64,000 nucleotides of DNA from a virus: the IMG/VR virus record IMGVR_UViG_3300042013_000045, positions 64,001 through 128,000 of that record; one strand, written 5' to 3'. Of the stretch, positions 20,409-29,912 are shown one piece after another. Each line of letters begins with the position of its first letter. Position 1 is the first letter of the stretch. A program made the translations under genes and the position numbers. The notes under the pieces are model-generated. The model was given only the letters and a program-made list of their open reading frames with translations. It was not told where the DNA came from and ran no database searches.

Positions 20409-20666
20409 TTACTTATCACGCAGTCCGACAGGGTTGTCGTTGACGTCGTAACAGATCGGGTATTCGCAATAGCCCCCGGCAGCGCTGACCTTATCCGCAT
20501 TCACCACGGGCAGGTACTTCTTCAGGTCGTCGATGGGGACCTTCTTGTTGTTGACAGTGCACGCATCATCCATCTGCGGTTCACAGTGGGCTTCTTTAGG
20601 AAGATCCATTGCGAGTGTCGAGGTAGACACAGTCAGGCAGAACAGTGCAGCGATAAGCTTTTTCAT
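20409..20666 (-). CDS. small secreted Cys-rich protein
   Basis: Sec signal peptide MKKLIAALFCLTVSTSTLA; four Cys in the mature part. Confidence 0.6.
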   Translation of the reverse strand: MKKLIAALFCLTVSTSTLAMDLPKEAHCEPQMDDACTVNNKKVPIDDLKKYLPVVNADKVSAAGGYCEYPICYDVNDNPVGLRDK

Positions 20667-20677
20667 GATGACTCTCC

Positions 20678-21547
20678 TTAACCGCGCAGGATTGCGCCGA
20701 TGCGCACTAAGGCGCCTTGAATGTAATCGACTTCCGCTTGAGTCGCCCCTTCGAACTCGACAGGACGTTGATTGCGGGATTCGCCGAACTTCTTCATTGC
20801 TTTATTCCATTCCAACTCAGTACCAAAATTGGAGCTGTGTGCCCAACCAGCATGTTGGTCAGCAATGGCAAACACGCCAATGTCACAGACTTCATTGTTG
20901 CCGCCGACGGTATTGACGCCGGTGACTTGTACCACGTGCGCCGCGGTGACCTTGTCAGGGTTACGCAGGCTGTAGACCAGAGCACCTTCTTTGAACTGTT
21001 TAGCGTTCGGCTGGGTGCTTTCTGGGATGGCTTTCATCATCACGTCGGTGGTGACCGTAGCCAGAAGCTCAATGAACATAGCCAACGCTGCGGGATCGAA
21101 GTCTTCAGCACGCAGGCGGTTTGGCATCTGTTGCCGTTCACGACGTTCGTTACGCTTGTCTTCTTCGGTCTCTTCTTTGCGAGTGTGGCCGGTGTCAGGC
21201 ATCGGCGCGGTGTTGATGATCATCAACAAGAACGAAGGGGTGACTTGGAACTCGAATTGAGCACCGACCATGTCTTCGTCGTAGAAGCTGCACTGCATCT
21301 GAGCGCGATACTCAGGATGACCGACAGTGAAATTGAAGAACGTGACTTCAGGAGAGTCTTTGAGGAACTCACCGCGTTCGCCACGCTTGATGAAACCGAA
21401 GGTGCCCATGCAGGCTTTGATCTTTTGCTCCAGGGTAGCGCCGATGTTGTCACGGATCAGCAGCTCCATTGGTTTCCATGGGCAGTTGTTGGGTACGTTG
21501 CGGGAGACTTGAGCAGCGAGTTCTTGAAACATGGCTTTGTTCAACAT
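20678..21547 (-). CDS. hypothetical protein
   Basis: 289 aa, GAGG RBS, strong codon bias. Confidence 0.7.
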   Translation of the reverse strand: MLNKAMFQELAAQVSRNVPNNCPWKPMELLIRDNIGATLEQKIKACMGTFGFIKRGERGEFLKDSPEVTFFNFTVGHPEYRAQMQCSFYDEDMVGAQFEFQVTPSFLLMIINTAPMPDTGHTRKEETEEDKRNERRERQQMPNRLRAEDFDPAALAMFIELLATVTTDVMMKAIPESTQPNAKQFKEGALVYSLRNPDKVTAAHVVQVTGVNTVGGNNEVCDIGVFAIADQHAGWAHSSNFGTELEWNKAMKKFGESRNQRPVEFEGATQAEVDYIQGALVRIGAILRG

Positions 21548-21616
21548 GTTGTAATCCTCGAGGGTTGCGAATAAAAGACAGGGAGAGCACGTGCTCTCCC
21601 TGTGGGATGTATTACG

Positions 21617-22279
21617 TTAGACGCGGTGTTCGTCTTTCATGGACAGATTCTGCAACTGTTCTTGCTGATCGTAGTGTTGCATCCGGCGGTTCATCTCCAC
21701 GATGTGCTTACCGAAGAAGATATTCCGACGCTCACCTTCGAGCAGACGCTTCTCGACGTTGTCGTACATCATGTCACGAAGGAAGCAGTTGTACTCGGGG
21801 TAGCTGAGCGCATAGAGACTCACGTAACAGCCAGCCATTAAGGCCGCGCTCTCCATGATCTCGCCTAAGGGGTTTGTTTGCCCCATGTGGTCAATGTCCT
21901 CAATCGTCTTGGCCATCATGCCCATACGACGCAGGAGAAGCCCACAGGCATCCGGAACGGTCAGGCCGCGCACGTCAATGACGTCACCGAGCTTCTTGTT
22001 ACAGACGTTGGCCATGGAGAGGCAGATGATCAACCCGTCTACGGTCAGACGACGGATACGCTCACGTTGAGGAGCGTCGTGCTTCGTCCCGCCGATACCC
22101 TCCTGCATGAACATACGGTACAGCTCAGACACGTACTTACAATGGTGAAGCACAAGGTGGGTCAACCGGCGTGGTTTGGACAGGGTGTAGATGTCCGAGT
22201 GAAACACCACGTCATGCAGCTCTTGTCGGAACTGCATGCGGTTGAACACTTGAGCTAAAGTGACAGTCTTGATACCCAT
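21617..22279 (-). CDS. hypothetical protein
   Basis: 220 aa, translationally coupled to the DHH gene. Confidence 0.65.
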   Translation of the reverse strand: MGIKTVTLAQVFNRMQFRQELHDVVFHSDIYTLSKPRRLTHLVLHHCKYVSELYRMFMQEGIGGTKHDAPQRERIRRLTVDGLIICLSMANVCNKKLGDVIDVRGLTVPDACGLLLRRMGMMAKTIEDIDHMGQTNPLGEIMESAALMAGCYVSLYALSYPEYNCFLRDMMYDNVEKRLLEGERRNIFFGKHIVEMNRRMQHYDQQEQLQNLSMKDEHRV

Positions 22280-23280
22280 TAATTACCTCGCAGAATTCGC
22301 CAGATAGTTTTCAAGCGATAGCGCCATGTAGGCGCGCCGTAGATCATAGAGTGCTTATAGGTTTCCAGCCACGTGTGGTCCTTTGCAAAGGCCGAAGCAA
22401 ATGCATGTCCCCCACCACCGTTGGCAGCAGCGATCTGGTCTACTGGCCAGTCAGAGGACCGCAAGCTGTAGATCGTTTTGCCGTTGCGCTCAGTGTAAAG
22501 CACCACGTACGGGTACTTCTTGCCGAGCCGATCACCGATCTCGTTACGCAGGTGATGCGGGGCATTAACGAACGGGACCTCTACCCCACCGATGTCGATC
22601 AGCTGGATGTACTCACGGATCACCGAGTTGATGATCTTGTTGTCGTACGCCATCAACATGTTGCCCTGATTGACGATGTGCATACGAGCATCGCCTTTAG
22701 CAGTAGCAACCTCGTTGAATCGCTCGATGGTCAGAGGACCATTGATCAGCCACGCATTGAGCGCCTTACCTTCAGGGATGTGATGCTTCCACAGATCGTA
22801 GTCTTCGATCCACAGCAGCACCTCAGGTACTTGAATGGTAGGATCGCCAGTGAAGTACAGCGTACCGATGTCATTGAAGAAGCGCCATGTCAACACCGCT
22901 CCGGAGCGCGTGAGGTCTGTGCAGAGGAAGACAGGACGTCCTTCGGCCTTCATTACCATCACTGGCAACTCACTGACACCCTTGCACTGAGGGTACCGGT
23001 ACTCCAGGTTCTCGATCGCCGACTTGTGATGGTCGATGATCATGATGAACTGGACGTCATCGATTACGGACTTGATCTGCTCTTCAGTAAAGGACAGGTC
23101 AACAAGGAAGACCTTCTTACCTCGCAGGTCAGGCATTGGATCACCGTACTGCCAGGCGAGGTAGTCTGCGTCTTCACCGAGATGCCCATAGGCTACCCAT
23201 GCCGACGCGATGCCGTCATTGCAGCCACGGTGATAAAGAACGATGGTGTCACGCAGATACTGTTTAGGGATACTAGCCAT
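22279..23280 (-). CDS. DHH/DHHA1 phosphoesterase (nanoRNase-like)
   Basis: YH..CNDG, VDLS, IDHH, SGA, DLW, YSLRS and GGGGH motifs. Confidence 0.85.
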   Translation of the reverse strand: MASIPKQYLRDTIVLYHRGCNDGIASAWVAYGHLGEDADYLAWQYGDPMPDLRGKKVFLVDLSFTEEQIKSVIDDVQFIMIIDHHKSAIENLEYRYPQCKGVSELPVMVMKAEGRPVFLCTDLTRSGAVLTWRFFNDIGTLYFTGDPTIQVPEVLLWIEDYDLWKHHIPEGKALNAWLINGPLTIERFNEVATAKGDARMHIVNQGNMLMAYDNKIINSVIREYIQLIDIGGVEVPFVNAPHHLRNEIGDRLGKKYPYVVLYTERNGKTIYSLRSSDWPVDQIAAANGGGGHAFASAFAKDHTWLETYKHSMIYGAPTWRYRLKTIWRILRGN

Positions 23281-23337
23281 ACTGGCTCCTAGCGGAATAA
23301 GTGAGGTAGACGGTTGCCCGTCTACCTTTATACGGTG

Positions 23338-24063
23338 TTACTTGCCGAGTGCAGACCAGTACTCGAATACCTGCTGTTGCAGTGAACGTGTGTACCGGCG
23401 ACGGTCTTCGATGGTCTCAACTGCGAGGGCAGGGTGCTTGTTGTACAGCGCCCAGAAGCCGTTACCCGGCAGGTCTTTGTGCTCGCCCGACTTACGCACA
23501 ACAATCACCGTCAGCATCGGTTGGTGGTGCGTCTCGCAGAACTTGTAGATGCTCGACAGCAGCGGGGACAATGTACTGCCCAGCTGATTGCCCTTATTCG
23601 GCAGACCGAACTCATTGGCAATGTTCTCGTAGGTAGTCGTGTGACCTAAGAACGCTTTACCTACCAAGTAACTGTAGATCTGGCGGATCAGGAACGGACG
23701 GAACTGCGACTCTAGGTTTTCACGAATCTGCTGCTGTTCAGCTTGTTTATGCATTACATCGGTGTTACTCACCTTCTTCACGGTATCCGCGAGTTCTGGC
23801 GTGACTGCGTATTTCACACCACCCATGGTCATGGTTGTTACGGGTGGCAGCGCAAGCTTCTCGTTTACATACACCGACAACACATCAAGCATCTCTTTAC
23901 GGTCGGCTTCAGGCACCATCGAGGTGTCGGCAGTAGTGACCACCTTACAAAGAAGCTTTGCAAACTCCGACTCAGACACTGGCCCTGCGGCATTGAGTGC
24001 TTCGGTCAGTTTATCGTCGATTTGCTTGATGTAAGCGGTCAGTACAGGGTTTACAGTTTTCAT
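23338..24063 (-). CDS. hypothetical protein, possible winged-helix C-terminal domain
   Basis: TTYENIA...L..I..FC...PMLTVIVVRK....PGNGF pattern. Confidence 0.55.
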   Translation of the reverse strand: MKTVNPVLTAYIKQIDDKLTEALNAAGPVSESEFAKLLCKVVTTADTSMVPEADRKEMLDVLSVYVNEKLALPPVTTMTMGGVKYAVTPELADTVKKVSNTDVMHKQAEQQQIRENLESQFRPFLIRQIYSYLVGKAFLGHTTTYENIANEFGLPNKGNQLGSTLSPLLSSIYKFCETHHQPMLTVIVVRKSGEHKDLPGNGFWALYNKHPALAVETIEDRRRYTRSLQQQVFEYWSALGK

Positions 24064-24131
24064 GGTGTATCTCCAGCCACGTTGTGTGGCGTTACAACAG
24101 GGACGTTAGTGTCCCTGAATTCGGGTGGGTG

Positions 24132-24485
24132 TTACTGAACGGTTTCGAGTGTATCGGTCTTGTCCACCAGTGTGCCGGCGTTGAAGTCAAGCACCCAGAA
24201 CACTTGTACGATCGCGGTGGTAAGGCCTTCGACAGCTTCCTTGTCACCCATGTCGAGGATGTTGAGGAGCCACACACCTTCAGGAAGGGCTTCAGCACCG
24301 CTGCTCAGCAGCGAAGCGTCGTTGGACATGCGAGTAACCAGTCCACGAGTCCGCCCACGTTTAGCAGCCAGTTCCTTGATGGTCTTGTCCAGCTTCTCAC
24401 GGAACTCTGGATAGATCGCAGGGCACTGTTTGTGCACCATGTCAAACATGGCGTAGATGTCGTACTGCGTAGTGACTTCAGGCAT
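24132..24485 (-). CDS. hypothetical protein
   Basis: 117 aa, AGGAG RBS. Confidence 0.6.
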   Translation of the reverse strand: MPEVTTQYDIYAMFDMVHKQCPAIYPEFREKLDKTIKELAAKRGRTRGLVTRMSNDASLLSSGAEALPEGVWLLNILDMGDKEAVEGLTTAIVQVFWVLDFNAGTLVDKTDTLETVQ

Positions 24486-24495
24486 GGTTCGCTCC

Positions 24496-25323
24496 TTACT
24501 TCATTCGTGGGACGTTGACACCGCTCTGGCCTTGGTACTTGCCACCGCGATCTTTGTAGGAAGTGAGGCACTCTTCGTCGCTTTCGAAGAACAGCATCTG
24601 TGCCACACCTTCGTTAGCGTAGATAACCGCCGGCAGAGTCGTAGTGTTACTGAACTCCAGCGTCACGTGACCTTCCCACTCTGGTTCAAGTGGGGTGACG
24701 TTGACGATGATGCCACAGCGAGCGTAGGTGCTCTTACCCAGACAGACAGTCAGCACGTTACGAGGGATCTTGAACCACTCGGCAGTACGTGCCAGCACAA
24801 AGGAGTTCGGCGGGATGATGCACTGAGGACCTTTGTGATCGACGAAGATCTTTGGATCGAAGTTCTTCGGGTCGATGGTCTTGCTATTGATGTTAGTGAA
24901 GATCTTGAATTCATCCGCACATTTCACGTCGTAGCCGTAGCTGGACACCCCGGAGGAGATGACCTTCTGACGCATGAACAGCTGCATCGCGCCGTCGACG
25001 ACACGTTTAATGACCACGCCGCCTGGGAAGACATGTTGGTCGTCGTTGTAGTACTCGATCTTCTCGAGATCGGTCAACGGTCGCTCAGTGAACGCCTCTT
25101 GTTCTGGCAGGAACGGCGCGATCATCGGGAACCACGGGTTCTGCTTGAGGAACATGTCGAGATCAACAGCAGTGATCGGCCGGATCTCGTTTACAGTGTG
25201 GCCGTCAGGGGCACTGCCCTCAAAGAAGTCAACGCCCTGCCAGAAGAACCCAGTACCACGAGTACTGATGTGGGAAGGGGTGAGGCTTTTCTTGATCATC
25301 CAACGATCAGCTTTGATACTCAT
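24496..25323 (-). CDS. dcd: dCTP deaminase with N-terminal insertions
   Basis: [32 protein letters not shown] and GKYQGQ, as in proteobacterial Dcd. Confidence 0.92.
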   Translation of the reverse strand: MSIKADRWMIKKSLTPSHISTRGTGFFWQGVDFFEGSAPDGHTVNEIRPITAVDLDMFLKQNPWFPMIAPFLPEQEAFTERPLTDLEKIEYYNDDQHVFPGGVVIKRVVDGAMQLFMRQKVISSGVSSYGYDVKCADEFKIFTNINSKTIDPKNFDPKIFVDHKGPQCIIPPNSFVLARTAEWFKIPRNVLTVCLGKSTYARCGIIVNVTPLEPEWEGHVTLEFSNTTTLPAVIYANEGVAQMLFFESDEECLTSYKDRGGKYQGQSGVNVPRMK

Positions 25324-25613
25324 GCTGTTTCTTTCTCCCGAATAACGGTTGTGTAATTAATGCGCAGTACTCGGCCGAGCTTACGCCGGTTCGCATAGTT
25401 CTGCGAGATAAGTATAATTTCATCGGCGACCTTCTTCTTAGTCGCCTCGTCAGGGTGGCGATTATAGAAGCCACCAGCGTAGTACAGATCAAAGATCTTT
25501 GTTTCAGCGTCTGGAGTGCGCACGACTACAGCGCCAAGCTTCCCAAAGCCCGGCAGCTTAGAAGTACTAACTACAAGGTTCTCGTCGACCTTATGCACAG
25601 CGAACGTTTCCAT
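25320..25613 (-). CDS. hypothetical protein
   Basis: 97 aa, overlaps the dcd start. Confidence 0.5.
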   Translation of the reverse strand: METFAVHKVDENLVVSTSKLPGFGKLGAVVVRTPDAETKIFDLYYAGGFYNRHPDEATKKKVADEIILISQNYANRRKLGRVLRINYTTVIREKETA

Positions 25614-25614
25614 G

Positions 25615-26019
25615 TTATCTCTTTCCCCCGAAAGAATCTGGTATCAGACCGGTGTCCTTGTACTCTTTAAGGAACTCGATGACCTGAGTGGTGGTATTGA
25701 TCATTTGCTCAAAGGCCTCCAGCGCCTCATCCAGTGCCTTCTGGTGCTTGTGCACTTGTGGGCTATAGATGAGGTTCTCCAAAGCCCCCATGGCGTGCAA
25801 GGTAGCCAGGTAGCTCATCTTGTCGACGAGTAGCAGCAGATGGGCTTGGCGCAGCCCTTGTACCATCTCATCTAACTCAGGGACGGTCTTCTTCTGCCAG
25901 TTCGGTAGGTCTAGTACCAACGGCTTCACTGTCTGGAGATTAGTGAAGCAGTTCTCGTAAGCGGCTAAGCGTCTAGCGGTGTTTTCCTGTATAGCGCGTA
26001 TCCACTGCGGTAGGTACAT
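25615..26019 (-). CDS. hypothetical protein
   Basis: 134 aa, first gene after the promoter at 26087. Confidence 0.55.
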   Translation of the reverse strand: MYLPQWIRAIQENTARRLAAYENCFTNLQTVKPLVLDLPNWQKKTVPELDEMVQGLRQAHLLLLVDKMSYLATLHAMGALENLIYSPQVHKHQKALDEALEAFEQMINTTTQVIEFLKEYKDTGLIPDSFGGKR

Positions 26020-26073
26020 ATTCCTGCTCCCTTCAAGTCTTAGAATTAGTCTGCGCTATTAATTTTTACTGTC

Positions 26074-26111
26074 TATCTAAAGCAGTAATGTAGGGTTGAG
26101 TTTTAGTTGAA
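26074..26111 (-). promoter_or_regulatory. phage promoter motif copy
   Basis: - strand TTCAAC-N13-TACATT-N6-TTAGATA. Confidence 0.6.
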
Positions 26112-26237
26112 TGTACCATAAATGTCGGTTTTTGAGGAGTCCATTTTTTAGTAACTAGAAGGCCCCTAATTATGTGCATAGAGAAAAAGATACCCCAACA
26201 CATTTAGCTGCAACAGACCAGACATCGGAGTCAACGA

Positions 26238-28565
26238 ATGAATATTGAGACCATCTCCACCGCGAAGAACATGTTATCTGAATCGAAGTTTTTCATGGGT
26301 TACTCGCGATGGGATGAGAACCTGGGTCGCTACGAAGACTGGAACGAAGCCGTCGAGCGCGTCATGAACATGCACCGTCAGAAGTACGCGCATGTGATGA
26401 CCCCAGAATTGGAAGGCTACATCGCCTTCGCTGAACAAGCGTACAAAGAGAAAGCTGTGCTGGGGAGCCAGCGTGCACTGCAATTCGGCGGTGAACAGAT
26501 CTTCAAACACGAATCGCGTCTGTACAACTGCTCGGCTGCGTACGTCGACCGTCCTCGTTTCTTCCAGGAAGCCATGTACCTGCTGCTGTGCGGTTGCGGC
26601 GTGGGCTTCTCCGTACAAAAGCAGCACGTTGCCAAGCTGCCTCCACTGCGTGCTGTCGATCGTAAAGACTCGATGGTATACACCGTGCCAGATTCGATTG
26701 AAGGTTGGTCTGACGCGTTCGGCGTGCTGCTCTCGTCCTACTTCGTTGGCGGCGGTGAGTTCCCTGAATACGAAGGCAAGACCGTCCACTTCGACGTCAG
26801 CCAGATCCGTCCGCGTGGCGCACTGATCTCCGGCGGCTTTAAAGCCCCTGGCTCGAAAGGGCTGGTTAGCTCTCTTGAGATGTGCCGTCAGCTGCTCGAG
26901 CGTGAAACCGCTAACACCGGTTACATCAGCCAAGAGTTCAGCGAAGGCGTTGAAATCGGCACTACTCAGAAATACAACAGCATCGCCATGCGTCCTATCG
27001 TGGCTTACGACTTCGTCATGCACATGGCTGACGCTGTTCTGTCCGGCGGTATCCGTCGCGCTGCCTGCATCGCTCTGTTCGGCAAAGACGACGACGAGAT
27101 GATGAAGGCCAAGACTGGCGACTGGTTCATCGACAACGCTCAGCGTGGCCGTTCGAACAACTCCGTCATTCTGATCCGTGATGAACTGACCCGTGAAGAA
27201 TGGGCAGAGATCATGAAGTCGGTTAAAGACTTCGGCGAGCCAGGTTTCATCTTCGCTGATGACCTCGACGCTCTGTTCAACCCGTGCGTGGAAATCGGCC
27301 TGCGTGGTTACACCGAAGATGGTCGCTCTGGCTTCCAGAAGTGCAACCTGACCGAAACCAACGGCGCGTATTGCACCAGCCGTGAGAAGATGATGTACGC
27401 CACCAAAGCCGGGGCCATCTTGGGCACTCTGCAAGCGGGCTACACCAACTTCAGTTACCTCGACCAAGCCACTGCTGACATCACTGAGCGTGAAGCACTG
27501 CTCGGCGTCTCCATCACTGGCTGGATGACCAACCCGGACGTCCTGTTCAACGAAGACAACGCTCGTGATGCTGCTCGTCAAGCCGTTGCAGTGAACAAGG
27601 TCGTTGCCAAGCTGCTGGGTATCCGTCCTGCTGCTCGTGTAACCACCGCTAAGCCTTCGGGCAATGCGTCGGTACTGCTGGGCTGTGCATCGGGCATCCA
27701 CGGTGACCACGCGAAGCGCTACTTCCGTAACGTGCAGATGACCAACCAGGATGCCGTGACCCTGTTGATCGATCAGACCAACCCGAAAATGGTTGAACTG
27801 TCGGCCTGGAGCAAGTCTGGCACTGACGTGGTGGTATCGTTCCCTATCGTCGCTGGCGAAGGTACGATCTTCAAACACGAACTGTTGGGCGTGAAGCAAC
27901 TTGAATACGTGAAGAAGGCTCAAGAGATCTGGATCAACAATGGCCGTAACGATGAAGCTACCGTTGCCCCATGGCTGAGCCACAACATCTCCAACACCAT
28001 CACCGTTGATGACTGGGCTGAAGTAGAGCAGTACATCTTCGACAACCGTCAGAGCTTCGCCGGTATCAGCCTGTTGTCCGCAGCTGGCGATCGTGCGTAC
28101 GTTCAGGCTCCGTTCACCGAAGTCTTCACTGCTCAGCAACTGCTGGACATGTACGGTGAAGCAGCCATGTTCGCTTCGGGTCTGGTAGTCGATGGTTGCC
28201 ATGCATTCAACCACCTGTGGGAAGCGTGCGACACTGCGATGGGCTTTGGCGTCACTCTCGATGAAGAAGACTCGAAAGACCTGACTCGTCGTGACTGGGT
28301 GCGTCGTGCCAAGAAGTTTGCCAAGCAGTACTTCAACGGCGACCTGGGCAAGATGTCCTTCTGCCTGAAAGATGCCCACAACCTGCACAAGTGGGAATCG
28401 ATCACTCGCAACCTGACACCAGTGGACTTCACTGTGGAGTTGACCCAACAGGTCTACACCGAAGTGGACACCATGGGTGCTCAAGGGTGCGCTGGTGGTG
28501 CGTGTGAAGCTCCTGAGTGGTTGGTTAAGGCAGCAGACGCTCATGCGGCGGCTACTCTGTCGTGA
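26238..28565 (+). CDS. nrdJ: ribonucleotide reductase, class II (NrdJ, monomeric RTPR-like)
   Basis: YNCS, CGCGVGFSV, NPCVEI, CNLTE, KPSGNAS, Y.QAPF and C-terminal CAGGAC; no class I YY pair seen and no adjacent beta subunit. Confidence 0.75.
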   Translation: MNIETISTAKNMLSESKFFMGYSRWDENLGRYEDWNEAVERVMNMHRQKYAHVMTPELEGYIAFAEQAYKEKAVLGSQRALQFGGEQIFKHESRLYNCSAAYVDRPRFFQEAMYLLLCGCGVGFSVQKQHVAKLPPLRAVDRKDSMVYTVPDSIEGWSDAFGVLLSSYFVGGGEFPEYEGKTVHFDVSQIRPRGALISGGFKAPGSKGLVSSLEMCRQLLERETANTGYISQEFSEGVEIGTTQKYNSIAMRPIVAYDFVMHMADAVLSGGIRRAACIALFGKDDDEMMKAKTGDWFIDNAQRGRSNNSVILIRDELTREEWAEIMKSVKDFGEPGFIFADDLDALFNPCVEIGLRGYTEDGRSGFQKCNLTETNGAYCTSREKMMYATKAGAILGTLQAGYTNFSYLDQATADITEREALLGVSITGWMTNPDVLFNEDNARDAARQAVAVNKVVAKLLGIRPAARVTTAKPSGNASVLLGCASGIHGDHAKRYFRNVQMTNQDAVTLLIDQTNPKMVELSAWSKSGTDVVVSFPIVAGEGTIFKHELLGVKQLEYVKKAQEIWINNGRNDEATVAPWLSHNISNTITVDDWAEVEQYIFDNRQSFAGISLLSAAGDRAYVQAPFTEVFTAQQLLDMYGEAAMFASGLVVDGCHAFNHLWEACDTAMGFGVTLDEEDSKDLTRRDWVRRAKKFAKQYFNGDLGKMSFCLKDAHNLHKWESITRNLTPVDFTVELTQQVYTEVDTMGAQGCAGGACEAPEWLVKAADAHAAATLS

Positions 28566-28765
28566 CCGAACGAATGGCGGTACTCCAACAAGTACGTCAA
28601 TCAGTGTCAACCCACGACTGTCCTCAATGCAAAGGGCCAGCGTACTGCGCTATGGAGGCTGGTAAGTCAGCCAACTTGTGTTGGTGCATGGAAGTTACAG
28701 CAAAGACTGTAGCGGACGCGGATCAATGCTTGTGTAAGACTTGTTTGAAACCAGTGACTCCTTAG
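28562..28765 (+). CDS. cysteine-rich CWC family small protein
   Basis: CPQC....C.........CWC..........CLCKTC; GTGA overlap with the RNR stop. Confidence 0.65.
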   Translation: MTERMAVLQQVRQSVSTHDCPQCKGPAYCAMEAGKSANLCWCMEVTAKTVADADQCLCKTCLKPVTP

Positions 28766-28774
28766 TACGATAAG

Positions 28775-28813
28775 CATAAATGCGACGGGGTTTTCCTCGT
28801 CGCATTTATGCCG
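28775..28813 (+). terminator. hairpin + TATGCCG terminator-like element
   Basis: CATAAATGCGACGGGG-TTT-TCCTCGTCGCATTTATG, followed by CCG. Confidence 0.75.
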
Positions 28814-28870
28814 TTATCCTATGTGCAGTTAAAAAATTACCTGCATGATACTCCACACGAGGAATGAAAC

Positions 28871-29398
28871 ATGAGCACCTTTGCTGCTAAATCCGGTCGT
28901 GGCCTGTTGCTGGCTGCTATCAACGCTGCCGCTCTCGGCGGCGTGTCCTTCGTCGACGAAGATCTGGTCTTCGTTGCTCCAGTTGTTGTGGAAGGCGAAG
29001 TCTACGACACCAAAGTCGTCTACTCGGCCCCAGCGCGCTACAGTGGCGACGCTGAAGCTCATTTCAACCGCCTTGATCTGGAAGGCATCTTCACTGCTGC
29101 CGGGATCACCGAAGTCAAAGTCCGTGCCGAAGCTGTAACCGGTACTTCGACCGCTGACGTGGTTACCGCACTGAATGCTCGCTACGGCCTGCAATTCGAC
29201 GAGACCGACATCGTTATCGAAGAGTTCGCCTCAGGTGCCGAATCGGTAATCTTGAAGGCTGCTCCGGGTTCGTTCGCGTATGCTGGTGAGCTGATCGTTG
29301 CTCTGCCGGTTGCTGTTGAACCTCTGAACGAGCAGGTTAACCCAGAACTGGGAAACCTTGAATCGCCGGCTCCAGTAGATAGCGAAGCCGGCGCGTAA
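28871..29398 (+). CDS. putative virion structural protein
   Basis: FNRLDL, LNARYGL and SFAYAGEL motifs shared with phiKZ-like tail-associated proteins. Confidence 0.6.
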   Translation: MSTFAAKSGRGLLLAAINAAALGGVSFVDEDLVFVAPVVVEGEVYDTKVVYSAPARYSGDAEAHFNRLDLEGIFTAAGITEVKVRAEAVTGTSTADVVTALNARYGLQFDETDIVIEEFASGAESVILKAAPGSFAYAGELIVALPVAVEPLNEQVNPELGNLESPAPVDSEAGA

Positions 29399-29419
29399 GT
29401 AACCCAGCAATAGGGGAAG

Positions 29420-29893
29420 ATGATGGGTGATCAAAACCTACCAGTCTCGATTGCCCAGCTCGATCCGCTTGAACTGGAACTGTTGTCTGGGGACGAGAGC
29501 ATCGAGATCACGATCTCGACTCGCCCTGATGGGGGTGGTACGGGGAAGAAGACTTTCCGTACCACCCTCAACAACGTCCTCGGTATTTACGCACGTCGGA
29601 AGGATAACCCGAACGACGTAACCGCCGAGCAGGTTGGCTCATTTACAATCGAGCAGATGACAGCGATCCTCAAGGAGAAGCTGGGTGTCGACGAAGTTGC
29701 TGTCAACTCGCTAAGACTTGGCGGTAGCACCAAAGAACAAATCATTGAAGAAGCACGGTCAGGGACGGTCAACGACTCTAACAACCTTGGCGGTCTGCCA
29801 GCAGCAGATTACGTCCTCAACTCCGAGCTTTCCAGCGCGTTTGAAAAGATGGCACAGTCTTTCGATGAAATGACTGTGAACATTAGCACCTAA
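29420..29893 (+). CDS. short fibre-family protein
   Basis: RKDNPNDVTAEQVG and KLG....NS.RLGG modules shared with the downstream fibre. Confidence 0.6.
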   Translation: MMGDQNLPVSIAQLDPLELELLSGDESIEITISTRPDGGGTGKKTFRTTLNNVLGIYARRKDNPNDVTAEQVGSFTIEQMTAILKEKLGVDEVAVNSLRLGGSTKEQIIEEARSGTVNDSNNLGGLPAADYVLNSELSSAFEKMAQSFDEMTVNIST

Positions 29894-29912
29894 ACCCTCC
29901 AAGGTAGAGATC

